A DNA stretch of 64,000 nucleotides from the human T2T-CHM13v2.0 reference genome, Homo sapiens. The stretch is from NCBI RefSeq assembly GCF_009914755.1, contig NC_060926.1; one strand, given 5' to 3'. A model generated the notes under the pieces. That model was not told where the DNA came from, did no database searches, and saw nothing but the letters and a program-made list of their open reading frames with translations. Shown piece by piece: positions 32,047 through 44,210 of this stretch; within the stretch, counting starts at the first letter, position 1, and each line of letters starts with the position of its first letter. The position numbers and the translations under genes were made by a program.

Positions 32047-35000
32047 TTGAATAAGTTTCTTAACCTTGAGTTCTAATTTAATTGCGCTGTGGTCTAACAA
32101 ACTGTTTGTTATGATTTCAGTTCCTTTGCATTTGCTGAGGAGTGTTTTACTTCTGATTATGTGATCAATTTTAGAGTAAGTGCAATGTTGTACCGAGAAG
32201 AATGTATATTCTGTTGTTTTGGAGTGGAGAATTTTGCAGATATCTATCAGTTCCATTTAATCCAGAGCTGAGTTCAAGTCCTGAATATCTTTGTTAATTT
32301 TCTGTGTCGATGATCTGTCTAATACTGACAGTAGGGTGTTTAAATCTCCCACTATTATTTTGTGAGAGTCTCAGTCTCTTCGTAGGTCTCCAATAACTTG
32401 TTTTATGAATCTAGGTGCTCCTGTATTGAGTGCATATATATTTAGGATAGTTAGCACTTCTTGTTGAATTGACCCCTTTACCATTATGTAATGCCCTTCT
32501 TTGTCTCTTTTGGATCTTTGTTAAAGTCCGGTTTTTCAGAAACTAGGATTGCAACCCCTGCTTTTTTCTACTTTCTGTTTGCTTGGTAAATTTTCCTCCA
32601 TCCTTTTATTTTGAGCCTATGTTTGTCTTTGCATGTGAGGTGGGTCTCTTGAATATAGCACACTGATGGGTCTTGACTCTTTATCCAGCTTGCCATTCTT
32701 TGTCTTTTGATTGGGGCATTTAGCTCACTTACTTTTAAGGGTATTTTGTTATATGTGAATTTGATCCTGTCACCATGATGCTGGCTGGTTATTTTGCAGA
32801 CTTGTTAATGTAGCTGCTTTATAGTGTCAATGGTCTGTGTACTTCAGTGTTTTTTTTTTTTGTAGTGGTTGGTATAGGCTTTTTCTTTCCATATTCATTG
32901 CTTTCTTCAGGAGCTCTTGCAAGCCAGGCCTGGTGGTGATGAATTCCCTTAGCATTTGGTTGTCTGAAAAGGATTTTTATTTTTCCTTCACTTATGAAGC
33001 TTAGTTTGGCCAGATATGAAATTCTGGGTTGGAAATTTTTTTCTTTAAGAATGTTGAATATTGGCTCCCAATCTCTTCTGGCTTGTAGGGTTTCCACTCA
33101 GAGGTCTGCTGCTAGTCTGATGGCCTTCCCTTTGTAGGTGACCTGACCTTTCTTTCTTGCTGCCCTTAACATTTTTTTTTTTATTTCAACCTTGGAAAAT
33201 CTGATGATTATCTGTCTTGGAGTTGATCTTCTCATGGAATACCTTACTGTGGTTCTCTGGATTTCCTGAATGTGAACATTGGCCTATTTTGCTAGGTTTG
33301 GGAAGTGCTCCTGGATGATATCCTGAAGTATATTTTTCAATTTCGTCCTGTTCTCCCTGTCTCTTTCAGGTACCTCAGTCAATCATAGGTTCTATCTTTT
33401 TACATCATCCCATAGTTGTTGGGGGTTTTGTTCATTTCTTTTTATTCTTTTTCTCTAATCTTGTCTGCCTGTCTTATTTCAAGCTCTGAGATTTTTCCCT
33501 CCACTTGATCTATTTGGTTACTGATACTTGTGGTTGCATTGTGAAGTTCTCAAGTTGTATTTTTCAGTTCCATCAGGTCATTTATGTTTCTCTCTAAACT
33601 GCTTATTCTGGTTAACAGCTCTTGTAATGTTTTATCATGGTTCTTGGCTTCTTTGCATTGGGTTAAAACATACTCCTTTATTTAGCTCAGTGAAGTTCAT
33701 TATTACCTATCTCTTTCAATTCATCCATCTCAGCCTCAGCCCAGTTCTGTGCCTTCCTGAAGAGGTGTTGTGATCATTTGGAGAAGAGACACTCTTGCTT
33801 TTTTAATTTTCAGCGTGTTTGCATTGATTTTTTTTCTCATCTTCATGGGTTTGTCTACTTTCAATCTTTGAGGCTACTGACTTTTGGCTGGCATTTTTGT
33901 GGGTTTTTTTGTTGATGTTGTTGTTGCTGTCTGTCATCTAAAATTTTTTTTTTAAACAGACTCATTTTCCTTAGGGCTGCTGTGCTTTGCTGGGGGTTCA
34001 CTCCATACCCTATTCACCTGGGTCTCTCCTGCACCTGGAGGTATCACCAGTGGAAGCTGCAGAACAGCAAGGATGGCTGCCTACTCCTTCCTCTGTGCAG
34101 TGGCCTGATGGAGGCTGGAAGGCCACAGCTCTCCTCTGTAAGATGTCTGGAGACCCCTGTTGGGAGGTCTCACCCAGTCAGGAGGCATGAAATCAGGGAC
34201 CCGCTTAAAGAGCAGTCTGGCTGCCCCTTGGTGGAACAAGTGCTTGGCGCTGGGGGGAATCTTGGCTAGGACTCCTCAGAGCCACCAGGTGGGAAAAATT
34301 AAGTCCATTGAACTGGAGACAGTGGCCACCCCCTCCCAACAGGGGCTCCTTCTCAGGGAGATAAGAGTTCTGTCCATAAAGCCCTGGCTGGAGTTGCTGA
34401 AATTCCTGCAGGGAGGCCCCACCCCATGAGGAGGAGGAATAAATCTGGGTCCCACCTAAAGAAGCCCGGCCACGATCTGTCACAGCTGCTGTGCTGCACT
34501 GTAGGAAATTCCTCCCAGTTCAAACTACCCAGTCTCCCTGGCACCGACAGGGGAAAATGGCTGAAATTGATGGTGGTCACCCCTCCCCTGGGAACTTACT
34601 TGGTCATCTGAGGCAGTCTCCAGCCTGCTGTTGCTGGCTGCCAGCTGAGCGGTCCCAAGAGTCTTCACAGTTCTGTCCTTGGGAACCAAGGCCCTGGTGG
34701 TGTGGGTTCATGAGGGTATCTTCTGATCTGAGGGTTGTACTAATCTGTGGAAAATTCATGGTTTCCCTGGCAGGGTAGCACAATCACTCACCGCCTCTCT
34801 TGGCTGGGGATGGGAGATCCCCTTGCTCCATGTGGCTCCTGGGTGGGCCATAGCTCCACCTTGCTTTTCCTCGCTCTCTGGGGTCTCACCAACTGCCTAG
34901 TCAGTCCCAGTGAGATAACCTGGATACCCTCAGCTGAAGATGCAGGATTCACTCGCTGTATTCATTGTTCTCGGTGGAGCCACAGTGGGAGCTGCTTCTA

Positions 35001-36056
35001 ATCAGGCATCTTGGCCCCTCCTGTTTTACTTTTATAAAAACTTTTTATACATTATAGTTTGTATTGGGATATTTGTAAAAGAGTGAATGTAACTTTCTTA
35101 GGTAAAATGTACTGATAAATTAACTTGAGATATGAAAGTTCATTTGAATGGAGATTGTATAGTTGATAGAGGACTCTCTCAGTGGCCTTAGCCTTGTGAA
35201 TGGTGGTAAGTGCTGCAGCTGAGGCCTCTAGTTTTATCCACCCAGTACAGCGTGCTGAGATGATTAAAGAGAGCAGAATATTGGACAAAAAGATATCGGT
35301 GCTATATACACTATGGGCCCTGGGATGTGTGCTTATTAGTTGTGAGGGTTCACTATCTACCTTAGGTATTTGGTAATTTAATAATCTACATGAATTTTTC
35401 TTTGCATTTTGCTCATCATTAACCCTGCTTGTCTCTTCATTTTTTAGTTTAATTCTATTCTAGCCATCCCTCCCTCTGTGCTCTTTCTCTGAGGTGCTCT
35501 TAGACATGGAATATTCTCATTGACCTTGTAGCATGGCCTGCAGAAGCCTGGGTTCTACATGATTATCATCACTGCCATGCCTCACGTTCAATTCAAGTTA
35601 GTGAACCTCAGTTGGGTGCCCTCTGTTTATTCCTTCGACAAGTTTCCTCTTTATCATCAACTTCTCTGGAAAACCTTGTCTGACTCCTCCAGGCTGAGTA
35701 GGAACCCTCTGCCCACTGAAGACTGCACACCACACCTACGTTTAGCACTTGCTGCAGCATCTCGTAGTCTTTGGCTCACCCACCCCTCTTTCTTATCTGC
35801 CTGTGAGCTCTATGTCAGGGAGAACGTTGTGTTGCTCATTTGTTGTCCAGCACGTGTCCAGTGTCAGTCGCACTGCTGGCTCTGACAGAGCACTTGGGAA
35901 CCACTACGCAGGAGGCACTGGGTGAATTTCTAGGGAGATTGACATAAATGTGATGCCATTTTACTCTCAAGGAACTTACAACCTAGTTAGGGAGATAGAC
36001 ACACAAGCCACTAACTGTAACATGGTGTGAACTGTTTGTTTAAAAGCCATGGCAGA

Positions 36057-36147
36057 CAGGCTGATCTTGAACTCCTAAATTCAAGTGATGCACCCACCTC
36101 AGCCTCCCAAAGTGCTGGGATTATAGGTGTGAGACACCACACCTGGC
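36057..36147 (-). mobile_element. Alu left-arm fragment
   Basis: caggctgatcttgaactcc...ccacacctggcc; cut exactly at the retrocopy boundary. Confidence 0.88.
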
Positions 36148-36270
36148 CCCAAATTTTAGATATTCTTAAACCTTCTGATCCTTGGTTTCTCTCTCCAAAA
36201 TACTCTTTCTAGGTAAGATAAAATAAAATAAGGCTCTTACATTTGGTGCTATGTGAGCAAAAATGTACTT

Positions 36271-36420
36271 TTTTTTTTTTTAAGTTTTCTTAACAATAGC
36301 GACAGGGTCTCCTTATGTTGCCCAGGCTGGTCTCGAACCCTGGGCACAGGGGATCCTCCTATCTCGGCCTCCCGAAGTGCTAGTTTCAGGATTATAAGCA
36401 TGAACCATCACACCCACCTG
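36271..36420 (-). mobile_element. FLAM-type Alu monomer
   Basis: Single monomer with poly(T); TSD AAAAATGTACTT at 36259-36270 and 36422-36433. Confidence 0.88.
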
Positions 36421-36917
36421 TAAAAATGTACTTCTCATTCTCCAGCCTCTTTTATATAAACTGTAGTAAGGGATGTGGGTAATGATGTTATCAGTGAAAG
36501 TAGCCACCATTTACCCATAAGACAAAACTTTTTAAAGCCTCGTGAGTAAAATGTGGAATTGTCTTGGGAGTCTAACCTAGTATATCAGGCCCTTTTTCAC
36601 ACACACACAAAAAATCCTTTTCAGGATTTAGTGGGATCTGTTGTTTCCCCTAAGTTGAAAAACAACTCTAAGATACTTTTAAGTACCTGCTTGGGCTGGA
36701 TACATGGTTCCCAGCCTAGGTTTCAGACTTTTGATTAAGGCCAGTTTTAGAAAACTGTGAATTCAGAAAGGTTAATTTAGAAATTTTATAAACAGAATTG
36801 TTCATTTAAAAATGAACTGGAAAGATTGTAAATTCTTTCTGAATAATCCAAAAATTATGCATTATTTTCCTTCAAGAATGATAGGGTCAGAATGTGGAAT
36901 TCCAAGATACCTCTTGA

Positions 36918-37015
36918 CTTCCTCTCAAGTGCCATGTTTGGTCAGTAGAGGCCCATGCGAGCTCAACATGTGTACTGAGAAGTGTTAGTTTCTTTTGGGG
37001 CCCATCTACCCTGGA
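36918..37015 (+). pseudogene. RSL24D1: RSL24D1 (ribosomal L24 domain containing 1 / Rlp24) pseudogene fragment: 5'UTR plus first 16 codons
   Basis: ATG at 36968 gives MCTEKC*FLLGPIYPG, versus RSL24D1 MRIEKCYFCSGPIYPG recalled from memory. Upstream cttcctctcaag...tcaacATG resembles its 5'UTR. Confidence 0.75.
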
Positions 37016-37282
37016 TCAGTTTAAAATTAAAAAAAAAAACATTTCTAATGTAAAAAGTATCTCTCAAACTGTGTAGATTAACTTCTTGGTTTATATGTAA
37101 ATATGAATTTTAAGCAAAATAGTGAAAATAACCATCTTGATTTAGTGTTTTTCTCCCATATGTGAATTGTATATACTTAGGTGAGGACAATAAAATCAAC
37201 TGAACTGTAAGCTTAGAATAGGCCAGAGGGATAATTTTGCACAGCAGCTTTACTAATGGTAGCTTGTTACATTGTTGCTTCA

Positions 37283-37329
37283 ACACACACACACACACAG
37301 ACACACAGACACACACACACACACACACA

Positions 37330-37364
<35 letters not shown>

Positions 37365-37381
37365 TCTCTCTCTCTCTCTCT
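37283..37381. repeat. Compound (CA)n-(CT)n microsatellite
   Basis: Visible directly. Confidence 0.95.
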
Positions 37382-38218
37382 GACTTAGGAAGCAAATGGC
37401 CAAAGGGTTAGAACTCCCTTTGGAGGTCTTCAAAGCATTATTTGGAGTTGACAATACTTCAGCTAGAACCCAGTAAAATCTGTTTTTTTTTTTTTTTCTG
37501 AGGAGTATCCTTAGCATAAATGTGATTATAAACAAAGTACACTTAAGATATATGTATGCAATGACTGCTATTTATACAAAATTTAAATCTGCAAATGGAA
37601 TCAACATGTTTATGGGTCATTAAAATTGTCTAAATTCTTAGGTTCTGTATAGTACACATGTATTGATTTACAAATAAATGATTTGCTAAGTGATTTTAAA
37701 AATAGAAGCTGTGGCAGAGAAATGTGCCACGTTGGAGTGAATAAGCAGCATGGTATATACATGATGTGCAGGGTGGAATTTGGTAAGTCCCTCCTTTCAG
37801 GAACTGTCAGTTTGCTAACCTGGACTTCATGAGAGTGTTTAGTATGTATCATAGCCATGTGGAATGGGAAATTTCTGGACAATCCAAATACTTCAATCAA
37901 TGACAGTAAAGATTCACTGATCACTAGTCTATAGACTGAAGTGTTTTACAAGAAGCAAAGTGTAAGCATAGCTTTTGCTTTTAAGATAGTAACTCTCAAA
38001 TGGGGAAATATGCCATGAAGGCCTAGAAAGTAAGATTTTAAAAAAAGAGAGCAAGAAAGAAAATATTGGATAAGCACCAACAAGGGAAGTCTGTGATGAA
38101 TTATCAACCCAAGGTCATACCTATTGAAATGGAAGAGCATGGACCTCATAGCACTTTTCTGTCCCTCCCATCCCACAGAGTGGTGAAGCTGTACAAGATG
38201 TGGAATGGACAGGTTTGT

Positions 38219-40579
38219 TGATATGGTCTGGATGTTTGTCCTCTCCAAATCTCATGTTGAAATGTGATTCCAAATGTTGGAGGTGGGGCCTGGTGGGAGG
38301 TAATTAGATTATGAGGGCAGATCCCTCCATGAATGGTTTAGCACCATCCTCTAGAAAATAAGGAGTTCTCGCTCAGTTATTTTGTGTGAGATCTGAGTGT
38401 TTAAAAGTGTGGGATCTCCTTGCTCCTTCTCTTGCTCCTGCTCTCACCATGTGGTTTCCTAGCTTTGCCCTTTGCTTCCACCATGGTTGTAAGCCTCCTG
38501 GGTCCTCACTAGAAGTCCAGCAGATGTTGGTGCCATGCATGTATAGCCTGTAGAACCACGATCTAATTAAACCTGTTTTTTAAATAAATTGCCTAGCATC
38601 AGGTATTTCTTTATAGTGACACAAAGAATGGCCTAATAGAGAAAATTAGTACCAAGAATGGGGTGTTATGTGGAAACAGCTTTGGAACTGGGTAATGGGC
38701 AGAAGTTGGAAGAGTTTGGAGGGCTCAGAAGAAGACTGGAAGATAAGGAAAAGTTTGAAATTGCTTAGGGACTGTTAAATAGTTGTGACCAAAATGCTGA
38801 TAGAAAAATGGACAGCGAAGGCCAGGCTGAAGAGGTCTCAAATGGAAATGAGGAAGTTATTGGGAAGGGGAGTGAAGATCGCCCATGTATACCTTAGCAG
38901 AGAACTTAGCTGCCTTGTGTTTGTGCCCTAGGGATCTGTGGAAGTTTGAACTTAGGAGTGATGACTTAGGGTATGTGGTTGAGGAAGCTTCTAAGCAGCA
39001 AAGCATTCAAGAAGTGACATGCCCGCATCTAACAACCTACCATCAGATGTGGGAGCAAAATAAAGACTTAAAGTTGAACCTAAAAGGGAGGCAGAGTATA
39101 AACATTTGGAAAATTTGTAGCCTGGGCCTGTGGTAGGGAAGGAATCCAAGCAGCCTATGGAGCAACTACTTGCTAGAGAGATTAGCAGGATTGGAAGGGA
39201 GCCAGGTGTTAATAGCCAAGACAATGAGGAAAAGGCCTTGAAGGCGTTTGAGAAATCTTCAAGTCAGCCGCTCTCATCACAGCCCCAGAGGCCTCGGAGG
39301 AGAGAATAATTTCAGGATCCAGGCCCAGGGCTCTTGCTGCCTTGTACAGCCTTGGGATACTGCTCCCTTTATCTGGCTGCTCTAGCCCCTGCCACAGCTG
39401 AAAGGGCCCCAGATACTACTTAGGCCACTGCTTTGGAGAGTCAAAGCCACTGTAAGCCTTGGTGGCTTCCACATGGTGTTAATTCTGGCATGCAGAATGC
39501 AGGAGAGAAGTGGGGCTTGGCAGCTTCCCCCTAGATTTCAGAGGATGTATGAGAAAGCCCTGGTGCCCAGGCAGAAACCTGCCACAGTGGTGGAACCCTC
39601 ATAGAGAACTTCTACTACTAGGGCAGTACAGAAGGAAAGTGTGAGGCTGGAGCCCCCACACAGAGTCCTCAACAGGGTACTGCCTGGTGGAGCTGTGGGA
39701 AAAAGGCCATCGCTCTCCAGACCTGAGAATTATGTAGCCACCAGCAGCTTGCATCCTGTGCCTGGAAAAGCCACAGCGTTGGAAAACTCTAGCTTATGAG
39801 AGCAGCCACAGGGACTGCACCCTGCAAAGCCACAGGGCAGAACTGCCCAAGGCTTTGGGAGCCCACTCCTTGCATCAGCGTGCCCTGGATGTGGTACATG
39901 GAGTCAAAGGAGATTATTTTAGAGCTTTAAGATTTAATGACTGCCCTCCTGGGTTTCATATTTGTGTGGGTCTTGTAGCCCCTTTCTTTTGACCAATTTC
40001 TCCTTTTTGAAATGAAAATGGATACCTAATGCATGTACCACAATTGTATCTTGGGAATAAATAACTTGTTTTTGATCTCACAGGCTCATAGGTGGAAGGA
40101 ACCCATTTCCAGATAAGACTTTGGACTTGGAACTTGGGACTTTTGAGTTAATACTGGAATAAATTAAGATTGGGGGGGACTATTACTAAGGCATGATTGT
40201 ATTTTGAAATGTGAGAAGGACATTAGATTTGGGCAGCCAGGGATGGAATGATATGATTTGGATGTTTGTCCCCTCCAAATCTCATGTTGAAATTCCCTTT
40301 AATGGTGAGTGAGTTCTTGCTCAGTTATTTCATGTGAAATCGAATTCAAAAGTCTAGGACCACCCCCTCCTCACTTTCTTGCTTCTGCTCTCGCCATATG
40401 ACCATCCATTCTCCCTTTGCCTTCCACCATGATTTTAAGTATCCTGAGGCCCTCACCAGAAACAGATGCTGGAGCCATGCTTGTACAGCCTGCAGAACCA
40501 AGAACCAGTTAAACCTCTTTTCTTTATAAATGATGCAGCCTCAGGTATTTCTTTATAGTAATGCACACGGAGTAACACA
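38219..40579 (+). mobile_element. MST (MSTA1/MSTB-like) MaLR element: LTR 38219-38640, internal 38641-40248, LTR 40249-40579
   Basis: Both LTRs start tgatatg..tggatgtttgtcc.ctccaaatctcatgttgaaat. The internal region has ggaactgggtaatgggcagaagttggaagagtttggagggctcagaagaagac. Confidence 0.93.
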
Positions 40580-41964
40580 TGCAAGGAAGCAAATAACAAG
40601 CTTCTAAAGGTAGAGATAGTTGTAATGTTTCTCCTGCATTTTTTAAGGAAATGTCAAACAGCGCTAGTGTTCCCATGATTTTTTTTTGAAAGTCAGATTA
40701 GTGTTCATTATCTGAGAACATGAATTGACAGATAACCATTCCTGCCAACAGTATCAAGTGTACCTTTGTAAACTGCCATTGTAAAATCTTATTTCTGTCA
40801 CTCTGTCAGCTCCCACTGGTAAGAATGTATAACTGTAAGCATAGCTTATAATTTTGCAAACAGGATCAATGCTGTTTTGATGCCTTAACAATTTGTCTAG
40901 TGAGTTTCGGGAATAACTTGGTGCCGTCCCAGAGTCCAGAGACGTTAGTGACAGCAAAAGTGTTGATAGAGAGTTATTTAGCCACCTGAAATTGGACACC
41001 TACTTTGTGACAGAACATGCATGGTGTTATTTCATTATCTTTCAGCATTACTGAAAGGTAGTTATCAGTACCTCCATTTCACAGAAGAGAACTCAGACTC
41101 ACAGTAGTTCAAGCAACATTTCAATATGTCGCATATCTAGGTCTGTCTCAGCTGTCACATATAAACTAGAGAGCAAATAAAAGAGATTACTACTTTTGAT
41201 TTTGTAAGGCTGTTTAGCCAGGGTAGAGGACTGTGACTCCTACCCAGTGAAATACTGATATGCCTTATATGGGAAAGTATGCCACATCTGTAGCAATTCC
41301 ATGGTGGAGAACCACTGGGGCTATTCATATTTTTACTGCCTTGATGAATGGAATACTTTAAAAAATATAGAGAAGAGAATGAAAACTGAATAAAAAGTTA
41401 GCTGTAAATGGAAGAAAAACCACATAGAGAAGTCAGGCATGTGAGGATAGGTTAAAGGTGAGAAATAATGGGCATGTTTTTACTACAAGAAGAGAGGGAT
41501 GAGGTAGCCGTGGAAGTGGAAAACATGGAGTTAGGAAGGGAGAGACAGAGAAGGGCCAGAATACTGTACTCATGGAAGCTCATTCTTCTCGCCAGCTTTC
41601 CCACCACTCAACTTAGGCTTCTGACTTTTGCTCCAAGACTGGTGTCATAACTTTGCTTGGATTATCCCCTCGATATTTCATGTAATCTGATAATTGTGTC
41701 CTTTTGCATTTGGTCAAGTGCCAAAGATTGTGCCAAATATTTTACACCTACTCACTTTCCATTTGACAAAAAGGATGAAAGAGGTAATAACAGATTTTTG
41801 CAATGGAAATTTTCTCTTCTGGGAAACTCCAGCAACATTATTAAGCCAAGACTTCCCCACATCTTTAGATTAATATGAAGAAAGAAAAGAAGAAATATAT
41901 TTTTATAGAAAATTTCCCCTTGAAACTGAAGGTCAGGGAAAATCAGCTGATGAAGTCCAAATGT

Positions 41965-42190
41965 TTATTTTTAACAAAACCTTTATTGAAATATAATATA
42001 CATTCCATAAAATTCACCCAATTTAATAATATTTAGTAAATGCACTGAGTTGTTTAATTGTCACCACAATCTGGTTTTAGAATATGGCCGTCTCCCCAGT
42101 GAGATTCTTGGTGTCCTTTTACAGTTACTTCTTCTCACCTTCAGCCCCAGGCAATCACTAATGTGCTTTAGGTCTGTACAGATTTCCCAA
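41965..42190 (-). mobile_element. L1MB-like 3' end fragment
   Basis: ctttattgaaatataat...ccataaaattcaccca...cagccccaggcaatcactaat. Confidence 0.75.
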
Positions 42191-42799
42191 AGGCTCTATT
42201 TTAAGAAAAGCAAGTGAGTCAGGAAGTTCTTGGGCTGGATTTTGGTGTCTCTGGCCTCAGAAGTGGAGCAGGGATGCTAATATGAGATCAGGTATTTCAG
42301 TCTGATTTGTAAGTCTTCTGATTTTTACCTATTGTGGAAAAGAATGTCCATGAGCAGTGGAGGAAATAATACCTAATTTGAATTTCCTTCCAAATCTGCC
42401 AGAGAGAGTTGATAAATGTGTTTAAAAAGTAGTTTGAGATTGCTGAATCTTTTCTCCAACCAGCGTGTGATCTTGGGTGATCTTACTTGGGAAGACTGGC
42501 CTCCACTGGTGTGTGAGTAAACTGGCTCCATGTGTGGAGCTTCCAGCAGAGACCATCCTTGTGGCTGTAAGCTAGAGAACTTTGTCCTCACCCTCTGAAA
42601 ATTTATGTTTTCCAAAGAAACTTATCACTTGAGAAGTCTCTCATGGATTTCCAATTTGGGGCATGTAAATTTTTCCTGCCAATGATACTTTATTTTTCTG
42701 TTTTCCATTCAAAATCTGCTCCACTCCTGCTTAACCAAAAAATCAAGTCTGTCATTTAAAATGTCCAAGAAGTCTTCACTGCCCGAGTAACTTCTTCTG

Positions 42800-43890
42800 T
42801 CATTCCTCCATTTACCAAACATTTGTCATTTTGTGCACTGGCCTAGGTGATAAGGATGCAGGAATGAATCAGAAAAACAATGAATCAGAAAAACAAATGT
42901 TCCCCAAAAGTTTACATTTTACCAAGGCTAGAGAAATAATGAGTAGATAAATACAGTAAATTCAGACAGTGGTCAATGATACAATGAAATGAAAGCAGGG
43001 TATTGGGGTAAAGATGGTTGATGGGGTTAATATAAATGGGTGGTCAGGAGAAAATCTCTAGGAGCAGATGGACATTCTCATTGAGACTGAAGTCCCACAG
43101 GGAAGTCAACCTTGTGAGAATTTGTTAGATGGGTATTCCCAGTAGAAGGAAGAGCAAATGCCAAGCCAGAAGGAGAGGGGTATGAGTTTGGTATACAATA
43201 CGGTTTGGATATTTTGTCCCCTTCAAATCTCACGTTGAAATGTGATCCCCAGTGTTGGTGGAGGGCCTAGTGGGAGGTATTTGGGTTATGGAGGCAGATC
43301 CCTCATGAATGGCTTGGTGCTGTCCTTGCAGTAATGAGTGAATTCTCACTCTGAGTTCATGTGAGATCTGGTTGTTTAAAAGAGCCTGGTGCCTTTGACT
43401 TCTCTCTTGCTTGTTCTCTCTCTCTTCCTATGTGATACACTGGCTGCCCCTTTGCCTTTTGCCCTGACTGTAAGCTTCCTGAGGCCTCAACAGAAGTTGA
43501 GCAGATGCTGGCACCATGCTTGTATAGCCTGCAGAAGCATGAGCCAAAAAAGGAAACCTAATTTCTTTATAAATTACCCAGCCTCAGGTATTCCTTCATG
43601 GCGCACAAAACTAACACAGTATGTTCCAAAGACTAAAGCACTGTTGGTGGGGCTGTACTTCAGGAAGAGAGAGAGTGACCCAAGATGAGCTCAGAGAGGC
43701 TGGAACCCGTGGAAGGGAATTTGAATTTATTCCAAGTGCAGTGGGCAGCCAGCTGGGAGAGGGGTAGAGATATGATCTATTTATATTTAATTCATTTTAT
43801 TCTAAGTGCTGGGTTTAAAATCTAGGTGTCATGGGAGGAAGCTAGGAGATCATTTGGAGGTGATAATGATAGTGGCTAGTACTAGGGTCA
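42800..43890 (+). mobile_element. L2 fragment interrupted by an MST LTR
   Basis: cattcctccatttaccaaacattt...gggtggtcaggagaa...gagcaaatgccaag; continues after 43618. Confidence 0.65.
43196..43618 (+). mobile_element. MSTB-like solo LTR
   Basis: ggtttggatattttgtccccttcaaatctcacgttgaaatgtgatcccc...ctaacaca; 5-bp TSD GTATA/GTATG. Confidence 0.92.
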
Positions 43891-44029
43891 TACAGCATTC
43901 TAATGGTTTCACACATGTGAATTCTTAACTTGATGCTTTCTTTCTTTATTCTGTGTATCTGTCCTGTCTTCTGCTTTCTTTTCTTGTTTTAAAAATAGTC
44001 CTCATTGAATTGGCTAACCTAAAGTGACG

Positions 44030-44210
44030 ATGGCTTTAAATCATTGAGTTAGAAATGTTCTTAGAGAAAATATAATGCAATTTTCTCATTTAAGAACTGA
44101 GGCAACCGAGGTCAAAAGGGAAATCAGCGACATTTCTGAGTTTATACATGTAGTTAACGGCGGAGCCCAGAGTAGAACTTAGAACTCTCATTGATTGCAT
44201 TTTCCACTAA
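44030..44210. mobile_element. MIR fragment
   Basis: ctcatttaagaactgaggc...ggcggagcccagagtagaactt. Confidence 0.55.

Larger units (their letters stand above)
36057..37703 (+). pseudogene. 5'-truncated processed retrocopy of a 3'UTR-like RNA (parent not established)
   Basis: TSD-like AAAAGCCATGGCAGA (36042-36056) and AGAAGCTGTGGCAGA (37704-37718). TT/AAAA endonuclease site. AATAAA at 37673-37678, about 20 nt before a short A run. Begins mid-Alu. Confidence 0.7.

Noticed and set aside
37110-37535. Longest ORF in the track (141 aa)
   Set aside because: It stays open only because it runs through the (CA)/(CT) microsatellite, giving VCVCVC.
38214-40584. TSD for the two-LTR MST element
   Set aside because: The flanks TTTGT and TGCAA do not match, so no TSD is claimed.
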